Shown: positions 35,151-49,346, counted from the stretch's first letter. The stretch is 64,000 nt of DNA from Callorhinchus milii (GCF_018977255.1 NW_024704743.1:67644001-67708000), one strand, 5' to 3'. Numbers and translations are program-made. The notes: generated by a model not told the origin, from the sequence alone.

Positions 35151-38100
35151 TGCTTCATGCATGTTTGTGAGACATTGCGTTGCGCAAAATGGCTTCCACG
35201 TTGGCCTACAAAATAAGGAATCAGGACAGATACCAGAAAATATTTCTTTACCCAGAGTAATTAATAAATAGTTACAAGGAAGGGTGGTTGAGGCCAGGAC
35301 ACTGGACTAATTTTAAAAAAAACAGTTTGATGCTGCAATGGGAGGATATTCGGGTGGGTATTCTGGAAGAATAAGATTTAATGAGCCTTGTAATCAATCT
35401 TGTAATCTTGTAATTCCTATTGATTCCACTTCTAGAGCTTTCTGGCGCACAGTATTTCCCATCTTTATAATCCTCTGTGTAAAGAAATGCTTCCTGGCCT
35501 CAGATCAGGGTTTGATTTTAAGGCTGTGTGCTTTGTAACAACAGCAACTTGCACTTATGTAGTGTCCCAGAGTGCTTTAAATGGATCCTTCTACCATTAA
35601 AACCCCTCATCCATTAAACCTGTCAATTGCTTTGATTGCTTTAAACACCTCAGTCAAATCACCTCTTAACCTCTTCTGCTCGATGGAATATAACCACAGT
35701 CTTGCAAGCTTCGCATCATTTCTAATGCTTCAGTTTTAAAAATCACTTAATTTTCCTAATGTGATGAAAGGCCACATTGTCTTTCTCTTTTTCATGGTTT
35801 TCTATCTTTGAGGATTTCCAGCTTTCCTTATGTTCTACCCGATACCCATCCATCAATTCATATCAACCCAGCAGTTCTCTCTCAACACAAACAATACGAT
35901 ATTCTAAGATCCAAAAAGTTATTTCAACTCCACCAACTGCATGTAGTCAGATCATCTTTTACAAATAAAAATCATATTCTAACTAAATAATCCTTTGAAA
36001 ATATAGGCATTTATCTTATTCACTAAAGTACTTACACTGACAATTCATCATGAAAGACAAATTCATGCATGTGTTAGATTAACAATCTAATAGACTTCTG
36101 CACAGTTTGCTATATGCACTAAATAGGAACAAGATACTAGATCTAAATGAAACTTCAGTTGTTCATGGATTTTGTTGATGTACCTTCAAGAAAATAGCAA
36201 ATCTTCCAATGCCTGAGTTATATTCCACAGACTAATGAAGCATAATGCCACCTGCCATTCCTGAATAAATAGCCCAATTTAAAAATCTGAAATTCATTAA
36301 CATGAATTATCGCATTACGACAGCAGATAGTGAGGCCATGGAGAATCTCTGATGATCAGTATACATTTTCTGCAGTTAATAGTATATCTCACTATTTGGA
36401 TGATGGGCAATTATCAACCCATTAAAAAAAAACGTCCAAATGTAACCTTAAAAAAGACAATCAGTAAACTGAAGCTGGGCCTAAATTGTATGCACTTATG
36501 AGAAACTGCAATAGTTTTGTTTTACGCAGATTGGGAGAAGATTAAAACAGCATTTCAGAAAGGGCATTATCTCTGATGCCACCGAATGCATGCTGCCAGT
36601 CTGGCTCATTGGCAGGATTTGAAGGTGCATGGGGTTTAGGAATTGTTCTCACTCAGCTTCTGTCAACTCTGCAAGCCAAAGTCCTAACAGATTGGGTGAT
36701 CCTAACTGGACAAGCAGGGAATGCTTGCCAGATAGTGCGCTGAATGGCAAGCTATGTGTTTTAGGTAGTTAAACTCCAGCAGTACCAGCTCTTGCCAAGC
36801 TGTGTCTAATAGCCTTCAGAATTCATTATGCAGGGTGCATTCCTCTAGGGAGATAGAGCTCATTCCATTATAGACATGGGAATTTCCATATGTAGGCGGC
36901 ATCATATATGGCACTCTCAATCTGGTTTGGATGCTTTTAGCATGGTAATGGGTTTCGGCATGTGTCAGACACCCGGCTGATCCCAAAAAAAGCAGTCATG
37001 GTCCGACTTCCCATTCTCTGTTTGGAAATGGAGATGAAGAGTGGTGCTCCTGCATTGGGAATCTGTCAAACGATAAACTTTCAGAATATGATTAGCCACA
37101 AAGCTAGCCTACCAGGCTTGGACCAGGGACAAACAAAAACAATTGAAAAGAAAGGTGCTCCCATCTTCCAAAAAGTGGACAAAGAAGCTAAATGAAGAGG
37201 AAAGGTAGGAAAGAGAGAATAGGGAAATAAATAGAATTTAAGATAGGAAAAAGCAAACTCAGCACAGACTGCAAAGAATCAACCTCCAACTTTCCAGATA
37301 TAAATATCTAGAATCACACACAGTGACCATGGAGCCCTCGCAAAACAGAGAGACTTTGTTTCACAATAGAAGGCAGTAGTTGGCCTGGAGATAAATCTGA
37401 AGGTTTTCTGTATCATATTTGATATTTCTGGTGGACCCAGTGGGTTTTGTTGAATATAAAAATAACATATTGTTTTCAAACTCTAACTATGCAATATTTT
37501 ATAAATGAGTTCACCTCAAGCGAGATGAGAGATGAGAAGAAAATCTTCTCCCCAAAGACTAGCAGTTATTAGGAACAGACTGTCACTATAAGCATTTGAT
37601 GCTGTGTCGATTAACTCCTTCAAAAAGGAGCTGTGGAGGTATCTGGTTAACAACAGGACTGGAGGCCTGAAGATAGGTACAGAAAAAGAAGTCTGAATAC
37701 TCGATCGGGCATGGTGGGTCATAGAAGAATCATACAATATTTCAACACAGAAGAAGGCCACTCAGCCTATCGGGCCAGTGATGGGAAGATGGCCTGTTAC
37801 CTGTCACATGAGTAAATTAGAAGCAGTTTGGATAGTTTACTTTTCAGGACAGATACCAGAAAGTTATTTATTTATGCAGATGGTAATTAATAATGAACTA
37901 TTGGAATGTGCTACCAGGAAGGGTGGTGGAGGTCAGGGTGTTGGACTTGGTTAAGGAACAGTTTGATGCTGCAATGGGAGGACAGTAGGATAAGTATTCT
38001 GGAAGGTTGAGGTCAAGTGGGTCGAAGGACCTTCTACATCTGAACCTCTTTTAAATGAAGAAGAATTTCTGATAATTGTTCTGCAGGAGATAGAGTGGGT

Positions 38101-39569
38101 GAGGTGGAGTCTTCTCAAGGTAGCTTGTGTGGCCAGTACAAGGAGCAGGAATAATGGCCATTTTACAGTACAACCTTTATTAACTCCTGAAGAAACTTTA
38201 ACTTTGGTGAATTTTCAAGAATTGCTGAGACTTTTTAAAAATAGGTCCTGTGAAGCACTTTGATACGTCTCAATGACGTGAAAATGCGCTATATCAAATG
38301 CAAGGATTATTATTAGTATAGGACAGTCTGGTACAAGGTACTGCTGATTTGCTGGGCAGAATGAACTATGCAAATCAAGTTAGTTATTAAGGAAGAAAAA
38401 AAAATATTCAAAACAATTCTCAGAGGACTTTTTTCATATCCTATTAACTGGCTGCAGTGCCACCGCAATATTTTTCAAAAGTTCTCATTGAGAAGGACCA
38501 AGGTCATAAGAACATCCTGAAGCAGACAAAGTGACTGAAGTCAGCATTTTTTTAAAAATCACTTCATTCAGGCAAAATTTCCAAGAAATTGCATTTTAAG
38601 TAAAAATACCGTGATTTAAAAATATCCTGTTAAAATGAAATGGTGTACATTTCATCATTCAATGGAAACTGGAAGATGTTCAAGATCATAAACAGCTGAC
38701 AGTAAGGTAAAAAAAATTCCACTTTTGCTGTTATGCAAATAAACTGAAGCCTGCATTGTTCAGCAAGCGTTCACACGACTTCCAGTCTCAGCCGCAGACA
38801 AATTCATCCAAATGAAAAATAGCACAATCTTACATTTACAGCCCTTGCTTAACACTGCTCTATAAAACATACATTTCAGTGTGTATCAGCTTAGTTCACT
38901 CTAGCTCAGGAGGTTGTGAATTCAAGACTCACACATCTTACCATTGTATCACAACGTTATGGATGCAGCCCCACACCTTTCACTTCTGGGCCAGAACATT
39001 GTGGATTTGAGCCCCTTGGTATTGCAATAATCCAGACTGGAATTCCAGTGCATTACAAAGAAAGAGCTATGCTGTGCTGACAACCAGAACCCATGTTTAT
39101 AGTGGGATAAACAGAAAAGAGGATCTCAGGAGGAGTTTAGAAAAGTACCCCATTTTATATGGGTTTAAAAGAGAAAGAAAATGTAAATCGAGAATGATAT
39201 TTCATAAACGCCAAGGCAAGAGGATAAGGTCAGGGGGGAGAAGGGCAATTTTAGGATGGACACCAGGAAGTATTTCTTTGTACAGAGGATAAATGAGTGG
39301 GTAGAAAGAATGGCAGAGGCCATGACACGGGACTAAATTACAAACCAGTTTGATGCTGCAATAGAAAAGATAGTGTGAGTATTATGCAAGGATGAGTTGA
39401 AAATTAACCGAAGAATCTTTTTAATCTGAACCCCTCTTGCGAATAGATCCCTTTTTAGTATGATGTAGCAAAAAATCATACCTACACAAAGGTAAACAAT
39501 TTTTACCACAGCACTCAGACAGGAGCTAGAGCATTAGAGAAGATTGCACTAGATCTAAGGAATTACTAC

Positions 39570-39955
39570 TACTACTAATAATAATAATCCTTGCATTTGA
39601 AACAGTGCCTGATCACATCTTCAAGACATCTCAAAACGGTTCACAGAATATACTGTAAAGTGTAGTGACTGTGTATTTTGTAGGTGAAATGCGGCAGGCA
39701 AATTGCGCACAGCAGTGTCTCACAAACAGTCGTGAATTGAGTGACCAAATTCTTATTGCTTTTTTTTATTTTTTGAAAGGATTATCACCCTCGGGAAAGT
39801 GACCCACCAATCAACTAACAACTGGGTTCCTACTCACTGCTAGGTAAACAGTTACATATGGATTAAAGAGACTTGCCTAATGTTTCACCCTGCCTGGAAA
39901 TCAAACCCAGGTCCTCTCAGTTGGGAGTGCTCTAATCAATACGCTATAGGACTCC
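39570..39955 (-). mobile_element. Full-length SINE subfamily B
   Basis: Same modules as 20561-20943, reverse complemented. Confidence 0.9.
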
Positions 39956-39976
39956 ACTGTAAACTGAATGTGTGTA

Positions 39977-41284
39977 CAGCAAAACTCGCATAAGTCGGAT
40001 CTGTATAAATCTTATAATCACCTAAATTGTACATCCAGCCAAGTCACATTCAATTTCCTATTAAATCCACTTAAATTTATATGCACTAGTCATATTAACC
40101 ACCGTGTAACTCGTAACGCCACTACTGCACTTGTGTGGAAAGTGTGGGAATGTTGTTCATCTTTGGGCAATCGCAAAAGTTACAGAATAAGCAAAGGCAA
40201 TGAGACAAAACATGTTTTCGCATTTGGTGTAAGCTCAGCTTTGTTTTGGTTTGCAACTATCAATGTATATGTTATTGTGCTAAGGAACCCGGGACCCATA
40301 TCTCTTTTTATGAAAGAAACAGACATCCAATTATGGGAACATGGAACATGTATAAAAGTCAGATGTTGTTTTTCTCTGGTGTGCAGTGTGGGGAGCAGTA
40401 TCTTGAGAGAGTTGTTACTACCGCTCTGCACCTCATATATATGAAATAAAGCTTTTTTGGATGTATACCGCACTGACTCCGTGTTGAGTTTTCAGGTCTT
40501 TAAGAGCAATCGCACATCGCAATTTGGGTTTAACACTTGCTGCTACTGAATTGGCTGCTGGCTCAAAATTATGTTTTCTGCGCCTACCTCAAACAAAACA
40601 CACCCAAATGCACGGCAAAACACGGCAGCTAATTGCACAGAGCGGTGTCCCACAAACAGTCATGGATCGAGTGACCAAATTATTATTATTATTTTTTGAA
40701 GGAATTATTACCCCAGAACTATCAAGCATTCTGGGACACTATCCTGTTTGAGGGGCGATATATAAAGTTGTTATTTGTGTTGATTGTGGGTGAGGGGGAG
40801 AGAAAGAAACAGTGCATGAGAGAGAGCACAGAGGGAGTGAGGGGTTGTTAAGGCAGCATTTTGTGGTTCTCAAACAAGGCATCCGGCCCTCAACAGCCAA
40901 AAAATTGGACCACCTGCTCCAAGTACAACAAACTTTGTAAGACTTTAGATTCTAGTAAAACAGTTATGTTTTGAAACATGTTTGGTTGTGCTATTCATTG
41001 TACAGTGCAAGTGTTCTGCACATGAGGTACAGTACTGTGCAGTACTTTATATGGAAAGAATGGGCTACAATAGCTTTAATATACATGGGTTAAACATGGT
41101 ACAGAAACTTTGCTTTAATGTCACCAGCCAGTACAACACTTATGTACTGTATTTGTTGTGTTAGTCATATAAAATTTGACTTTACACAAGTCATATATGA
41201 TACGACTTATGCAAGTTTGCCAAAACTTATACTTTACATCAGTCATATTAAATGTTATGGTCCCAACTTATGTGAGTTTGACTG
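39977..41284. mobile_element. Non-autonomous Tc1/mariner-superfamily (Tigger/pogo-like) DNA transposon, about 1.3 kb, containing a SINE fragment (40610-40715)
   Basis: Imperfect TIRs CAGCAAAACTCGCATAAGTCGG and (rc) CAGTCAAACTCACATAAGTTGG, TA on both sides (39975-76, 41285-86), and a subterminal TIR-like copy CGACTTATGCAAGTTT near 41202. Confidence 0.8.
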
Positions 41285-42529
41285 TATAAGGTAATTTAAT
41301 AGGCGACTGATAAGTCAATTAGTAGCTCTTATATTGCTGCTGGCAGCAGCCATTTGAATCTTTCTATCTAGGTTTTAATCAGAAATGATTGTATTTTAGG
41401 GGTTATCCTTGCATTTGATTTATTTCATATCAGGAGCATGTCCCAAAGTGCTTGATAGGATATACTATTAAGTGGCTGTGCATTTTGCAGACAATCGTTG
41501 GTGACACTGGACGTACTTTACGACATTTTAAATTACTCCACATATGCCTTTATGGAAAACTGTAGTATCTCTGCACTTAAAAACTAAGCCAAGGGTTCTG
41601 TGATCAGCTTGTGAAACGTTTCATTTAATTCAATATTCTAAATAACAAACTCGGCAGGGGACGAATTCAAAGGAATTATGCACTGAACCAATTAAGTTGA
41701 CAAAAGACTATCTGACGTTGTTTGATACTGTCTCCATATGGAATCTATTGAAATAATTTGAACCATAGTCATTTTCCTGCATAGAAGAAGGCCATTCGAC
41801 TCATTGTGCCTGCATTAGCTTTTTTCAAAGAGCAATCCATTCTGTCCCATTTATCTGCCTTTGCCCCAACACACTTAAAAATTACTAATTTTTAGATATC
41901 TATCTTGTTCCCTCTTGAAAGTTAATATGGATTCTGCCTTGATCATCACACCTGGCAGAGCATGTTTTATGTAAAAAAAAAACTTTTAATCTTCCCCTTT
42001 GCTCCTTTGCTAACTTTTAATTTATTTTTGGCAACTCCAAAAGGTTGATGTAATTCACACAGTTGGAGATATTTCCATTCATTCGCATTTTGTCGTTTGG
42101 CTGCTGTTTGTAGGAAGGACATCATGGAAGGACATCACTGGCTGCCATATTTGGCTACATAATAATATTATACATTATATAGAAGTTTATTATTTATTTC
42201 AAGTTTAGTATCCCATGTTGTGGATTGTTCCTTTTTAGATCCTTTTCTTCCCTTGTGATTTAGGTGAACCATCCTGCCATTGCTATTTCAAGGAATCATA
42301 GATTTTTTCATCTGTTAATTTGCTTTATATTCATTCCCTAAATCTAAATTTATTGTCAAATTCAAATGAAATAGCTGCTCTTCTGGTGTGGGTTTTGGAA
42401 GATTGCAGATACAGAGATAGAACCTACAATACCAAAACAAACCATTTAGCCCAACTATATTCTACTTGAACCTCCACCCATTCTCATCACCCCTCCATTT
42501 CTTCCCTTCCACCATTTTCCTCTTATTCT

Positions 42530-42765
42530 ATATAATCATAAAAATTTACAGCACAGAAGAAGGCCATTCAACTGATCATGTCTCCCGGCTCCTTTAAGAA
42601 CAATCCTGCCATTTACCCATACCCCTGTAGCTGACTCCTTTTAAGGTATTTATCTAGTTCTCTTTTGAAAGCTAATATGGATTCTGCCTCAACCGTTGCT
42701 CTTGGTAGGACATTCCATATCCTAACCACTCTGTGTCGAAGAAAAATTCTTCTAATCTCCCTTCT
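42530..42765 (-). mobile_element. CR1-clade 3' end fragment (similar pieces about 41760-42000-, 54040-54280-, 37510-37700+; 3'-UTR stubs 17620-17690+, 27460-27560+)
   Basis: ORF 42613..42825 RRIFLRHRVVRIWNVLPRATVEAESILAFKRELDKYL is a CR1 ORF2 C-terminus. Confidence 0.85.
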
Positions 42766-42981
42766 CTCACCTGTATACAGGTGCAGATTAGCTGCTGTGT
42801 TTGCCTGTAAAATATTCACATTCATTTCTATCCAAGTGTTGCATAAAGTGGTTCAAGACATTAATTTTTGATGTATATCAGTTTGGTGTAAAAACCCTAA
42901 CATATTATGATGGGTTTCCATGTGCGTCAGACTGACCAAAAATAAATGAAGTTACTATTAAAAGTTGTAAGTAATACTTAC

Positions 42982-43129
42982 AATAGGGACAGCCATAGAT
43001 TTCCATTCTCAGCCCAATATGGCCTTCACCATTCCAGTCCAGGGGTACTACGCGTACATAACGTGCAATGATTGGATGCTGTAAATCGTGCCGGACAACA
43101 CTGTCTGAGTTGATGTTTCCAGCGAAGGC
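42982..43129 (-). CDS. CNTNAP2: CNTNAP2 internal coding exon (equivalent to human exon 4), C-terminal part of the discoidin (F5/8 type C) domain
   Basis: Manual translation [49 protein letters not shown](W). Acceptor ctctacag, donor gtaagt. Length 148 nt. The terminal T joins GG of the next exon to make TGG (Trp). Confidence 0.96.
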
Positions 43130-43239
43130 CTGTAGAGTAGTAAGGCAGAGAATTCAGAGTTAGAGATGAACTGATTTCAGTTGCCATATAAACCAGGTGT
43201 TGTCAGCCCCCTACTATCTTTTCACATTGTCTCCATAAA

Positions 43240-43303
43240 GGGTGGGTGGATGGATGGATGGATGGGTGGGTGGGTGGGTGGGTGTTTGGATGGATGGATG
43301 GAT
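43240..43303. repeat. Compound (GGAT)n/(GGGT)n microsatellite
   Basis: Seen directly, 110-175 nt upstream (in transcript sense) of the 148-nt exon acceptor. Confidence 0.97.
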
Positions 43304-44471
43304 AGAGCTCCAATCTTTATGACACCAGGTCTACTTTTGTCTTAAGAATTCCTTCAATTCTAAGCAAAATGTGTCATTACATGTTGAGTAACAGATTGCC
43401 TGGTATAACACATAATGATGTTTTGTGGTGGTATTGAGAAGAACGTAAGCTACCTTAAAATGGGCATCAACCAGGCTTACCAGGATTTCAAAGGGAATGA
43501 GTGGGTTAATTCAGATATTACTGGATATATTTGGTAACTTGCCATAGAGATCTTGCCTTCAACTGATTGTGATTCCGCCCAACCCAAAAGGGGTTTGGAC
43601 CCAATGGAATCAGTATCATATTGAGCATATCAAATGGTATGCTGTATCCATATTAACAGTACCTGACAGTGCAATATCCGAAATACGTAAATTAGTATTG
43701 TAATGAATCCTATTAGAATTCTTGACGACCCTCGGGAATCCACTCAGATGTAGACTGTGTTGAAGCCAAGCTCCCATCAGTTGACGTGACGTACTGGAGG
43801 CAGACCTCATTTGCTCAACTCAGAATCCTTATTAAGGAATCATGCATTCAAAAACTCCTGTTACATGTATTGCATATTTAAGACCATTATTAGGGTAGCT
43901 CTGAGACACTTGTTTGCATGAAGATGTTTATATAAATGCAAGCTGTTCTTGTTGTTATTGCCTACAATGCACGTCTTCCTGCTATCTTTTGAAATGTTAT
44001 TCATTAATTGCATGAAATTACTATATGTTTCTAACACAAAAAACAAGGCATAACATTTTACATGTCTTAAAAAAGAACCGCTGAGACTCTCTTGATTGCT
44101 CAGCAGGTCAGTACTGCACATGATGTTGTACTGAGCCAGGAAACTCTGAGGCTCAAACCCAAATTTGTGCGAATTAGAAATCTCAGCACCCCAAGACAAT
44201 AAGGGGGAAATAACTCCCCAGGGTTGTCACTCCTGATCAATATCTAATAATCCTACTAAAAAGCAGATTGATTCATACATTTGGGTTTGGATTTAATAGT
44301 CTCCTAACATTCACTGTCTAATTTCACACATTGAAGAATAGCCACTTGGTTGAGGTATTATAGAGTAATCAGCACCTAGAAAACTAACCAAGCCTGAGTC
44401 CATACCTTTTAGCAGAGGATAAGAGAAAATTGAGAGTGAAAATAATTAACACCCCTCTGCCAGCAGTTTAG

Positions 44472-45085
44472 CAACAACAACAAAAACAAAATTATATTTA
44501 TAGAGCGCCTTTCACGTCGGGAAGACGTCCCAAAGCGCCAAACAATCAGGAGTCGGGACCCGAGCATGGGGGAGGGGTGGTGTAGGGGTGAGGGAAGGCA
44601 GGGAGGTGGGAGGGCGACTGAAGGCACGATTGAAGAGGAGGGTCTTGAGCCTGGCCTTGAAGTAGGCAAGGGTGGAAATGAGGCGAAGGGACTGTGGGAT
44701 GGAGTTCCAAAGTGTGGGGGCAGGGAGGCTGAAAGCCAGGCCACCGATGGTAGGACGGGTCGGGTGGGAAACATGGAGCAGGCCGGAGCACCCTGAACGG
44801 AGAGAGTGGGCAGGTTGGTAGGGAGTCAGCAGGTCAGAGAGGTAGGAGGGGGCAACGACATGGATGGCCTTGAAAGTGAGGACGAGGATCTTGAACTCGA
44901 TCCTCTGGGGGATGGGGAGCCAGTGGAGTGGGACGGGAGTGGGAGTGATGGGGTCACGGAGCCTGGTGCACGAGCGTACACGAGCTGCAGAGTTTTGGAT
45001 AATCTGCAGCTTGTGAAGGGAAGAGTTGGGAAGGCCGATGAGGAAGGAGTTTCCATAATTGAGCGTTGATGTGACGAATGCAGCA
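44472..45085 (-). mobile_element. L2 LINE 3' fragment with type-1 tail
   Basis: ORF 44512..45144: LHKLQIIQNSAARV...LHWLPIPQRIEFKIL...TIGGLAFS. (AAC)n tail. Confidence 0.93.
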
Positions 45086-45440
45086 AGCAGTAGTTTAGAC
45101 TGAGACTCTTTAACTAATATTAGAAAAAAGGTCAGGTTTAACAATTTACTGAGCTGTTCTGAACTTTATGGAGATCAATATGATCAAACAAAGTAATTAT
45201 CCCATCATCATGAATAATTCAAAAATATTAGCCTGCAAAGTACCCAAGCTTTTGAGGTCATTTTGCAGTATTTCCCAATTGCGAATCTGGAAGGCCCTGG
45301 TACTGACATGCAGGAATGCCCCCAAGTGGTCTATTTTCACAGTGAGATTCCCCCGAGTCGATGCAATACGTCTAGTTATTGAAGCTAGTCTACCTTGGAA
45401 TTTTTATTTGATATCCTATTATTAAGGAATCCATATTGTG

Positions 45441-45806
45441 AATAATAATCATTGCATTTGATATAGCGCCTTATCACATCATTGAGACGTCTCAAAGGGC
45501 TTCACAGAATTTTGTATTGTAAAGTGCATTGACTGTATATTTTGCAGGAGCAAAGCGTCAGCCAATTGCGCAGAGCAGTGTCCCATAAACAGTCGTGGAT
45601 TGAGAGACCAAATTATTATTTTTTAAAGAATGTTTTGAAGCGATTATTACCCTCGGAAAAGCGATCAACCAATCGATTAACAACCGGGTTCCTACTTAAT
45701 GCTAGGCAAACAGAGGCATATGGAGTAAGGAAACTTGCCTAATGTTAAAATTCCCTGCCCGGAAATCAAACCCGAGAGTGCTCTAACCAATATGCTACAG
45801 GACTCC
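45441..45806 (-). mobile_element. Full-length SINE subfamily B
   Basis: Head GGACTCC at 45806, B-specific segment, Deu 3' segment, tail. Confidence 0.9.
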
Positions 45807-46440
45807 ACAAGTAAAAAATATTAAAAAATCCTATTATTATGAAACCCATGTTACAGAATCCCATTATATTGAGAAATCCTATTATTGAATGAAGGAATCC
45901 TACTTTTAAGAAATGTACCCACCATCCCTTTTATGAGTAATGGTATGCAGCAATCAATAACCCTGACACCCGGCTACATTTCAATCCTGATGGACATCAC
46001 AAGATTGTTTCTTGCGACTCATGAAGATGCATCCGAATTGAAGTTGGTTGTCGAGGCAGCACAGATTAGTATTATTTTAATGCATTTGTAGGAGGAAGGC
46101 AACTCTTCAATAATGAGTGGAATCCATCTCTTTCTGAATTCTGCTCCTGAGAAGAAGTCAGACAGAGCTTTAAAAGCCATTACATGATATTTGCTATTTA
46201 GCTAGAGGGCTACTATCTGAAGTCTCCAGACATACAGTTGAACACTTATGCTGTTCTGTTCAACATTTAACCCTTTGCCCAATGTAAGTTTTCCTATCAA
46301 AAACATATGGCTTTTAACACCATCAGTTTGGTACAATGTCACCAAGGACTTAAACTGACTGTGAAGAATTAGAGGACACAGACTCTAAAGGGAGAATTCC
46401 AAAACTATTTGAGTCACAGCAATGGTGAGTGTAGATTATC

Positions 46441-46818
46441 ATAATAATAATAATAATGCTCGCATTTGATACAGTGCCTCATCACATCATTGAGACGTCT
46501 CAAAGGACTTCATAGAATATACTGTAAAGTGTATTAACTGTATATTTTGTAGGCAAAATGTGGTATCCAATTGTGTACAGCAGTATCCCACAAACAGTCA
46601 TGGATTATGTGACCAATTTTTTTTGTATGAAGGATTTATTACCACCGGAAAATGATCCCCCAATTGACTAAAAAACAGGTTCATACTTACTGCTATGTAA
46701 ACAAGAGGTGTGTGGAGCAAGGAAACTTTCCTAAGGTTTCCTATTCCCTGCCTAGGAATCAAATCTGGGTCCTCTAGCTTGCGAGGTGGGTGCTCTCACC
46801 ACTACACTATGGGACTCC
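46441..46818 (-). mobile_element. Full-length SINE subfamily B
   Basis: Head GGACTCC at 46818, B-specific segment, Deu 3' segment, tail. Confidence 0.9.
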
Positions 46819-47394
46819 ACAAGTTGACTATCAATCTCATACATCAGTGAATAGGGAATAGAAGGGTATGAGGGGGGAGCTAGGATAAGTTGGTGGGTAG
46901 AGGCTCATGTGACACGGACAGTGTTTATATTCCACATGAGCCCTCAAAACAGATTATACCTGAAGACTTGCTCTTTGACCATTCCTACGGGCACCAAACC
47001 TTTCTCCCCAGGTCAGGATGAAGCTATGCTATTGTTATGCGTTCTGAGACGCTACCCTCTGTGAAGGGCCCGATATAAATGCAAGTTGTTAGTGTTGAAT
47101 GCAGTTAAATCCACAAAATTGGCTGAACCTTCTGTATGTGAGTTTGAATTGATTTTAGGATTTGCTCGATCCATATTTCATTGTTTTTCAACTTTCAAAT
47201 TACGATTTTAGTCATTACCATTAAATCCCCTTGAATAGATATTTGAAATTCTAAATTTTTTCAGCCACTCACAGAACATAAATTCCATTCTCTCATCTCA
47301 CAGAGCTCTGCAACAAAGGTGCACGCATTAGATGAGAAGATTTGTATGACTGAGCTGCAAACATAACCGATGCTTTATGGTTACTCTCGTAAAA

Positions 47395-49346
47395 TGGTTT
47401 AACCTAACAGTCCATCGGCAGATCTGGCTGGACCATATCAAGACCACACCCTCACCTCCGCTAAACTATCCTTCTACTCCAAGATAATCTTGGAGGCCAA
47501 GGGCAATCCCGGGCTTTTCTTCTCCACCGCCAACCAGCTCCTCCACCCACCCTCTCAGTGCACGCCAACTGCGAGGATATGCTGAACCTCCTCAAGACTA
47601 AAATCGAGGGCTCCCACCTTCCGCTCAGCCACCTCTGCCCTTCCAACTGCTATCCTCCCGATCCCCTCCTCACACTCGGGCCCTTACTGATCCCACACTA
47701 CACACATTCAAACTTGTCTCCCCCTCCTCTCTCACCACAATTGTGACCCATATAAAACCCAACACCTTCTCCCTCGACCCCATTCCTACCCCTCTCCGGA
47801 CCTCCCAGCTCTACCTCCTTGCCCCTCACAGATATCATCAACCTTTCCCTGTCCACTGACACTGTTACCACCCCAATAAAAACAGCCGTCATCAATCCCA
47901 TCCTCAAAAAACCTTCCCTGTATCCATCCCTGCTGTCCAATTACCACCCCATCTCCCACCTTCCCTTTCCTTTCTAAGATCCTGGAATGAGTTGTTGCTT
48001 CCCAGGTTTGGTCCTTCCGCTCCCACCACTCCCTCAACAAACCTCTCTATTCAGGTTCCCGTGCTGCTCACAGCACAGAAACAGCCTTAGTCAGAGTGAC
48101 AAACAACATTTTGTCCGACTGTGACCAGGGCTCCCTCTATCTCCTCATCCTCCTTGACTTCTCTGCTGCCTTTGACACTGTTGATCACTCTATCCTCCTC
48201 CACCACCTCTACCCTTACCTCAATCCTCTTGGTTCTATCCTTGACTGATTCAGATCCTACCTCTCACACCATCTGCACTTTGTCTCCACAAACAGTTTCT
48301 CCTCCATCCCCTGCACCATCTAGTGTGGTGTTCCTCAGGGCTCTCTCCTTGGTCCTCTCCTCTTCGTGACATCATCTGCAGACATGGGGTCAACATCCTC
48401 ATGTATGTGGGTGACACCCAACTCTACCTCTCTGCCTCCATCCTCGACTCCAGGACCACTGCTGTCCTGAAAGAATGTCTGTCAGACATCGTGTTCTGGA
48501 TGAGAGCTAACTTTCTACAGTTGAACGTCAACAAGACCAAGGTCCTTCTGATTGGCTCCCGCCAGCTCCTCCACACCTCAGGCACTGACAGCATCACCAT
48601 GGATGCACTCCACACCTCACTGAGCCAGTCCGGAACCTTGGCATCTTGGTTGACCTTCAGCTGTCCTTTCTATCCCACATTTGTGACATGATATGCTCTG
48701 CTTTCTCCCTTCTCCGCAACACTGCCCGGCTCCGCCACTGCCTCTCCCTTCAGGCCGCCGATATCCTCATCGACACAATTATTACATCTAGACTCAACTA
48801 CGCCAACACCCTGATTGTCGGTCTTCCCAACTCTTCCCTCCACAAACTGCAGATCATTCAGAACTCTGCAACTCATGTCCTCACACCAGGCTTCGTGACC
48901 CTATTACACCCGGCTCCACTGGCTCCCTATCCCTCAGAGGATAGATTTCAAAATTCTCGTCCTCGCCTTGAAAGTCCCCCACAGCCTTGCCCCCTCCTAC
49001 CTCTGTGACTTGCTAACCCCATATCAATCGGTCCGTTCCCTCTGCTTAGCAGCCTGCTCCACATTCCCGCCTGGCCCGCCCCACCAACAGTGGTCAGGCC
49101 TTCAGCCTCTCTGCCCCCACCCTTTGGAACTCCATCCCACAGTTCCTTTACCTTGCTCCCTCCCTAACCTCCTTCAAGGCACAGCTCAAGACCTTCTTCT
49201 TGGACCATGCCTTCGGCCACCTCCTAGCCCTAACTTCCTTGCACTCCACGCTCCCTGATCCCAACCCCTGCTCGGGTTCAAATCCCTGACTGTCCAGCAC
49301 CTTGGGACGTCCTCCTGACATGAAACAAATGCAAATTTGTTGTTGT
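47395..49346 (+). mobile_element. Decayed 5'-truncated L2 LINE, about 1.95 kb of ORF2 plus 3' tail
   Basis: Remnants [54 protein letters not shown]. Many frameshifts. Type-1 tail. Confidence 0.92.
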
